A stretch of 63,825 nucleotides of DNA from Podarcis cretensis (taxonomy: Eukaryota), in NCBI GenBank assembly GCA_951804945.1, contig OX638150.1, positions 3,720,001 through 3,783,825 of the forward strand, in the 5' to 3' direction. The position numbers and the translations under genes were made by a program. Positions within the stretch are counted from its first letter, which is position 1. Each line of letters opens with the position of its first letter. Shown here piece after piece: positions 59,776 through 63,825 of the stretch. The notes under the pieces were generated by a model that saw only the letters and a program-made list of their open reading frames with translations, ran no database searches and was not told the origin of the DNA.

Positions 59776-62700
59776 GTGACCCACTTCTTTCTTTGTTTTT
59801 GATCTGATCATGAAGGCCTGTGAAACTAGCATGCTGCACTCAGTGTGCCCAGAAACCTGTGACCTACTTTCAGACTTTTGTGTGCACCCCCCCATTTGTC
59901 TCAGCTCATCATCAATTTCGGAAATTATTGACCTAAAGGTGCCTAGTTCGCAAGGCTGGGTATCCGTGGCAGGACACAATCACTGGATTTGTTCCTCCAT
60001 TGAGCATTTTAGAAGGACTGCTAGCCTTTGTAATCTTGATCTAAACCTCCTCTTTATGAATGCATTTTCTGCAGCCTTGTGGCCCATTGACAATGCCTGT
60101 GTTCATTTGCAACTGGGTTCCCTTCTGACTCTGATCCTCCAAACAATTTCAGAAGGAAATCGGCTTTCAGGTTCTTAGACCTCTAAATACTCATAGCTTA
60201 GCAGGAGGCAGGCTTCTCAGACTTTTAATAATTTAATGCCTTTCTCTGTGCAGCTTGCGTTCCTTACACACATCATGTGCCTGCCTCTTAATGCTGTGCT
60301 TTGTATGAACAGTGTGTTTTCAACAATCTCAGCAAGGGGTGGCAACTGGGTGCCAATAGGTTAGTATTAAGACAGCTCCCAGTGGCACAGTATGTAAAAA
60401 TGGAAGTGTTGCTATGCTGGCTTTAGATACATAGGCCACTCAGCCCAGGATCTTCCATATGTGCTGGATACCAGCTGGGGTACATCAGAGGAAAACAGTT
60501 GAGAAGCCTAATCTACCCTTCCCTTCCTTCCTGGCCAAAATAGAACTTCCTTCATTGGGTATCTTGCAGTGAAAGAAGACTGTGTGTCATCCTTCTGACA
60601 ACACAGAAATGAAGAACCAGGGGCCCCGCCAGATGTTGTTGGACATGTCTTTAAAAAAGACGTGAGGATTTAGTTTAGTTTGTTTTTTCTTTATATCTAG
60701 AATATTTAGCAGGGTTCAAATGGTATCTTTCAGAGAAAATATTTCAAGACTATTGCTCCTACAGTGAGCAGGAAGCCAAAATAAATCACCCAGATGCTAC
60801 TAAAAAATACAACATACTGAAAATAATGACACAAAGCTAGTTTTAAACCATACCAATTCATCAAGGCACATGTTGTGAAGCCCTTGAAGCAACATGATGA
60901 ATCTCTTCCACGGTTTGGGACTGATGCAGATGCTGCCTTTACATGGCCCCTGAAAAGGAATGGAATTTATTTCTTCATTTATTTAAAGCTCAAATCTGCC
61001 CTATCCTGAAAGCCAAGAGCAGGAAACATGTAAAGCAAACTTACTAAACACCGGTAAGCACAAGGCACAATGTGATTGTCACCCAGCAACTGCCTTGGCT
61101 CATCGGACTGCTGCCTAACAACCAACCTTTAATAGCAGATGGGTTTTAAAAGTAATTTAGAGATGCGATCTGCTGGAATAAAATATATGCCCTCTTCCAA
61201 AAATCTGCTGTCCCTTCTTCACTTTTATTGGCTGGATGTGGGTGTTGGTTGGGGTGGAGTTGTTCTAGACTGTCCAAATATTTACCTTGAAGAGACTCTC
61301 TTGATGGGTTTCACTCCATGTTCTGAGTTTAACTTGATCACTATCATCATGGTTAAGAAGAAATGGCTTTATATGAAACATATGGTTTGGATGTTTTGCT
61401 TGAGCAATCTGGATTGTTTTACTAAGCTGTTTCATAGTGAACACCGCACATGGGAAAGTTCACATGTCAGAGAGAAGGCTATTATGCTGGCTTTCTTGGC
61501 ACATCGGTTTTCCATGTGCAGGAGAAAAGTTTTGATGGGTGGCGGGGAGACACGACTTTTTAAAATGAGTGACTTCTGTGCATACTCAGATGGTACTCCA
61601 ACATGTAAGAAGACCACAATATACGCCCCCATCCCCCTGCTCACATTTGAACTGGTTCTGTGCTGTTGCTCTGTGATGTGTTGCTTGTTACAGACTATGT
61701 TCCCAGCAGTGTGCATTGGAATGTTGTCTGCTATTGCATCTAAGAGCATTTCCCCAGGTTTCTGGAAAATGTCAAGTGAGACTGCTCCCTCTCTGCCTTT
61801 CTCCTGCTTCCTTGCTTTTCTTTTGTGACATTTGGGGGGGGAAGGGGGGTCATCCAAAGTAGCATGGAGGAGCAAAATAGTGGGACTCTTGGCCAGGTGA
61901 GACTTTCTCAACCTGGTGCCCCTCCAGATGTTGGACTCCAGATCCCATCAGCCCCAGCCTCTGTGACCAGTAGTCAGCGATGGTGAGAATTGGGTTTCGG
62001 AAGCATCTGGAGTGCACCAAGTTGGGGAATAAACGTCTAGATTGTGTTTCCAAAATCTAAAAATTGAGCAATCTGACCACACTAAAATGTCTTCCTAATC
62101 TGTGAGGCAGGCAACAACTTTCCAAACAAATATGTCCCAAAGGCTCAAATTCACCCACAGCCTAACAACAAATCTCAAAATTTTTCTAATGTCAATGAGC
62201 AGAAAGCTCTCTTGGATTTAGGACACACTGTGGAGAGAGAGGAAGAGAGAGAATATCAAGCAAAATTTCCCCCTTTGCATTGAAAACTGTTCCCTCTCCC
62301 CCTCTGTCCCCAGGCTGCCTAACTCTTTCAGCAAGAAAGAGGCAATGATTTGAACTAACTTGGCAAGAAAATGGAGCACTTGGTAATTTCATCTGCCGTG
62401 TATTCTGTTTTAACCCATTTTATTCCTTGGAACAAGAGAAGTCTGAATGATTTCACCCCTCTCAGGGCTGTTTTTTAAGAGAGACCTAGGAGTATGGAAT
62501 GGGGATGGGGAGAGAGAATGATATATGCGTAGGCTCAACCTCTGCTCCTCTGGATCCATATTGGTTTACCTGTTATTACCTTTTCCCAGGGAATTCAGAG
62601 ACTTGCAGGATTCTAAAAGAATGTGAGGTGAGGAATCTCAGATGGCCATAGAATGCTGAGTATGGTGGCATGGGATGGGGTGGGAATCTTTGAGAAAAGG

Positions 62701-63056
62701 GCATGAAAGGGTGAAGAGAAACTCTGAGCAGGAACATTTCACACTGCAACTTTTTGCTGCAGGTCCCACTTGTTATTACTATTACAAAGATGTCTGCCTA
62801 TTCCTAGAACCTGCTGGCGGCAAAATTAATAGCTGTCTGGGTCATATCTGAACGACTTGTTCTTCCCTGTATTCCTCTTTCTGTCTACAGCCCACACTGT
62901 GTACTTCAGGGTAAAACATAGCAGCCAAAGAGAAAGTCCCTAGATTGATTGCTTCCAGCAGCCAAATGATTAGGGGTAATTTGAGCAACAAGGCTGCACT
63001 CTCCTCTGCATCTTCCTGATAGGAAAGCTAGAGGCCCATCTTTCTTGAATAAAATA

Positions 63057-63282
63057 CAGTGGTACCTCAGGTTACATACGCTTCAGGTTACAGACTCCGC
63101 TAACCCAGAAATGGTGCTTCAGGTTAAGAACTTTGCTTCAGGATGAGAACAGAAATCGGGCTCCGGCGGCACGGCAGCAGCAGGAGGCCCCATTAGCTAA
63201 AGTGGTGCTTCAGGTTAAGAACAGTTTCAGGTTAAGTACGGACCTCCAGAACAAATTCAGTACTTAACCTGAGGTACCACTG
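63057..63282. mobile_element. Tigger/pogo-like MITE, second family
   Basis: Perfect 18-bp TIR CAGTGGTACCTCAGGTTA / TAACCTGAGGTACCACTG; TA TSD; internal CTTCAGGTTA repeats. Confidence 0.92.
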
Positions 63283-63825
63283 TACTAGGGAGCATGATTG
63301 GAGATGGTTTTTTCCTGTGCTCCCCCGCCCCCCCCCCCCCCCGGGAACTCAATGGTATGCAGTAACAGCATCTCTCTTTTGTTGTTAAAAAGTGTGGCAC
63401 TTACTGTAACAACTTAATGGTGAGTACCAGCACCTCTTTTTCTAGAAAAAAAGCACTGTTTTTGTCACATTCTGGTCATGTAGCAGGTAGATCACATCGA
63501 ATAACACTGACGCTGTCATCATCAAGTTTATTTATATGCCACTTTTCCATATTATGCTCAAAGTGGCTCACAAGAGCAATATCACTGATATGTAAGCCAT
63601 CAACACATTTCATGTAGTATTTAAAAGCCAAAGCTGACAAAAACATTAAGATTGCGCTAAACATATGAAAAACACATTAGGCTAAGTCACATGCGTGCAG
63701 TCCTGTGTTGCACACAAAATGCAGATAGCTACAGAAACCTGCATATAAACCCTTTCCAGTATGGCACAAATCTTAACACATGTGTCTGCTTGCCCATTTG
63801 ACACCACTTGCCTACGTTGCTTGAG

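Noticed and set aside
61139-61828. 229-aa plus-strand ORF as a gene or LRP1 exon 7
   Set aside because: No resemblance to the expected next exon (HVEQMAIDWLTGNFYFVDD...) or any domain; composition looks like random intron translation.

Overview
Vertebrate genomic DNA, almost certainly from a squamate and probably a lacertid lizard, judging by Sauria SINEs, Bov-B, and squamate-type Penelope, CR1 and L2 repeats. The whole window lies inside the + strand LRP1 gene. I could read five coding exons, matching human exons 2-6: 849-971, 18937-19074, 45233-45352, 46263-46391 and 47022-47285. All have AG/GT ends, phase-1 junctions and one open frame (two LDLa repeats, two EGF repeats, start of the first YWTD propeller). 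Exons 1 and 7 were not found. The rest is long, repeat-rich intron: CR1, L2, L1, RTE and Bov-B LINE pieces, tRNA-derived SINEs, Tc1/mariner and hAT MITEs, a probable solo LTR, and a 154-bp minisatellite next to a 155-N gap. Most ORFs in the supplied track are spurious. The main leads are: (1) a 211-bp TSD-flanked palindromic Penelope mini-element carrying a minimal hammerhead ribozyme core antisense to LRP1; (2) inverted repeats around exons 4-6, whose 513-nt back-spliced circle would be a stop-free reading frame; (3) a 2-kb internally deleted non-autonomous L1 derivative with an open coiled-coil ORF; (4) a decayed GC-rich island resembling a DNA-level copy of TRNAU1AP exon 1; (5) different tRNA heads fused to the same CR1 tail; (6) long intronic hairpins. 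No databases were searched. Family names and human comparisons are from recall.
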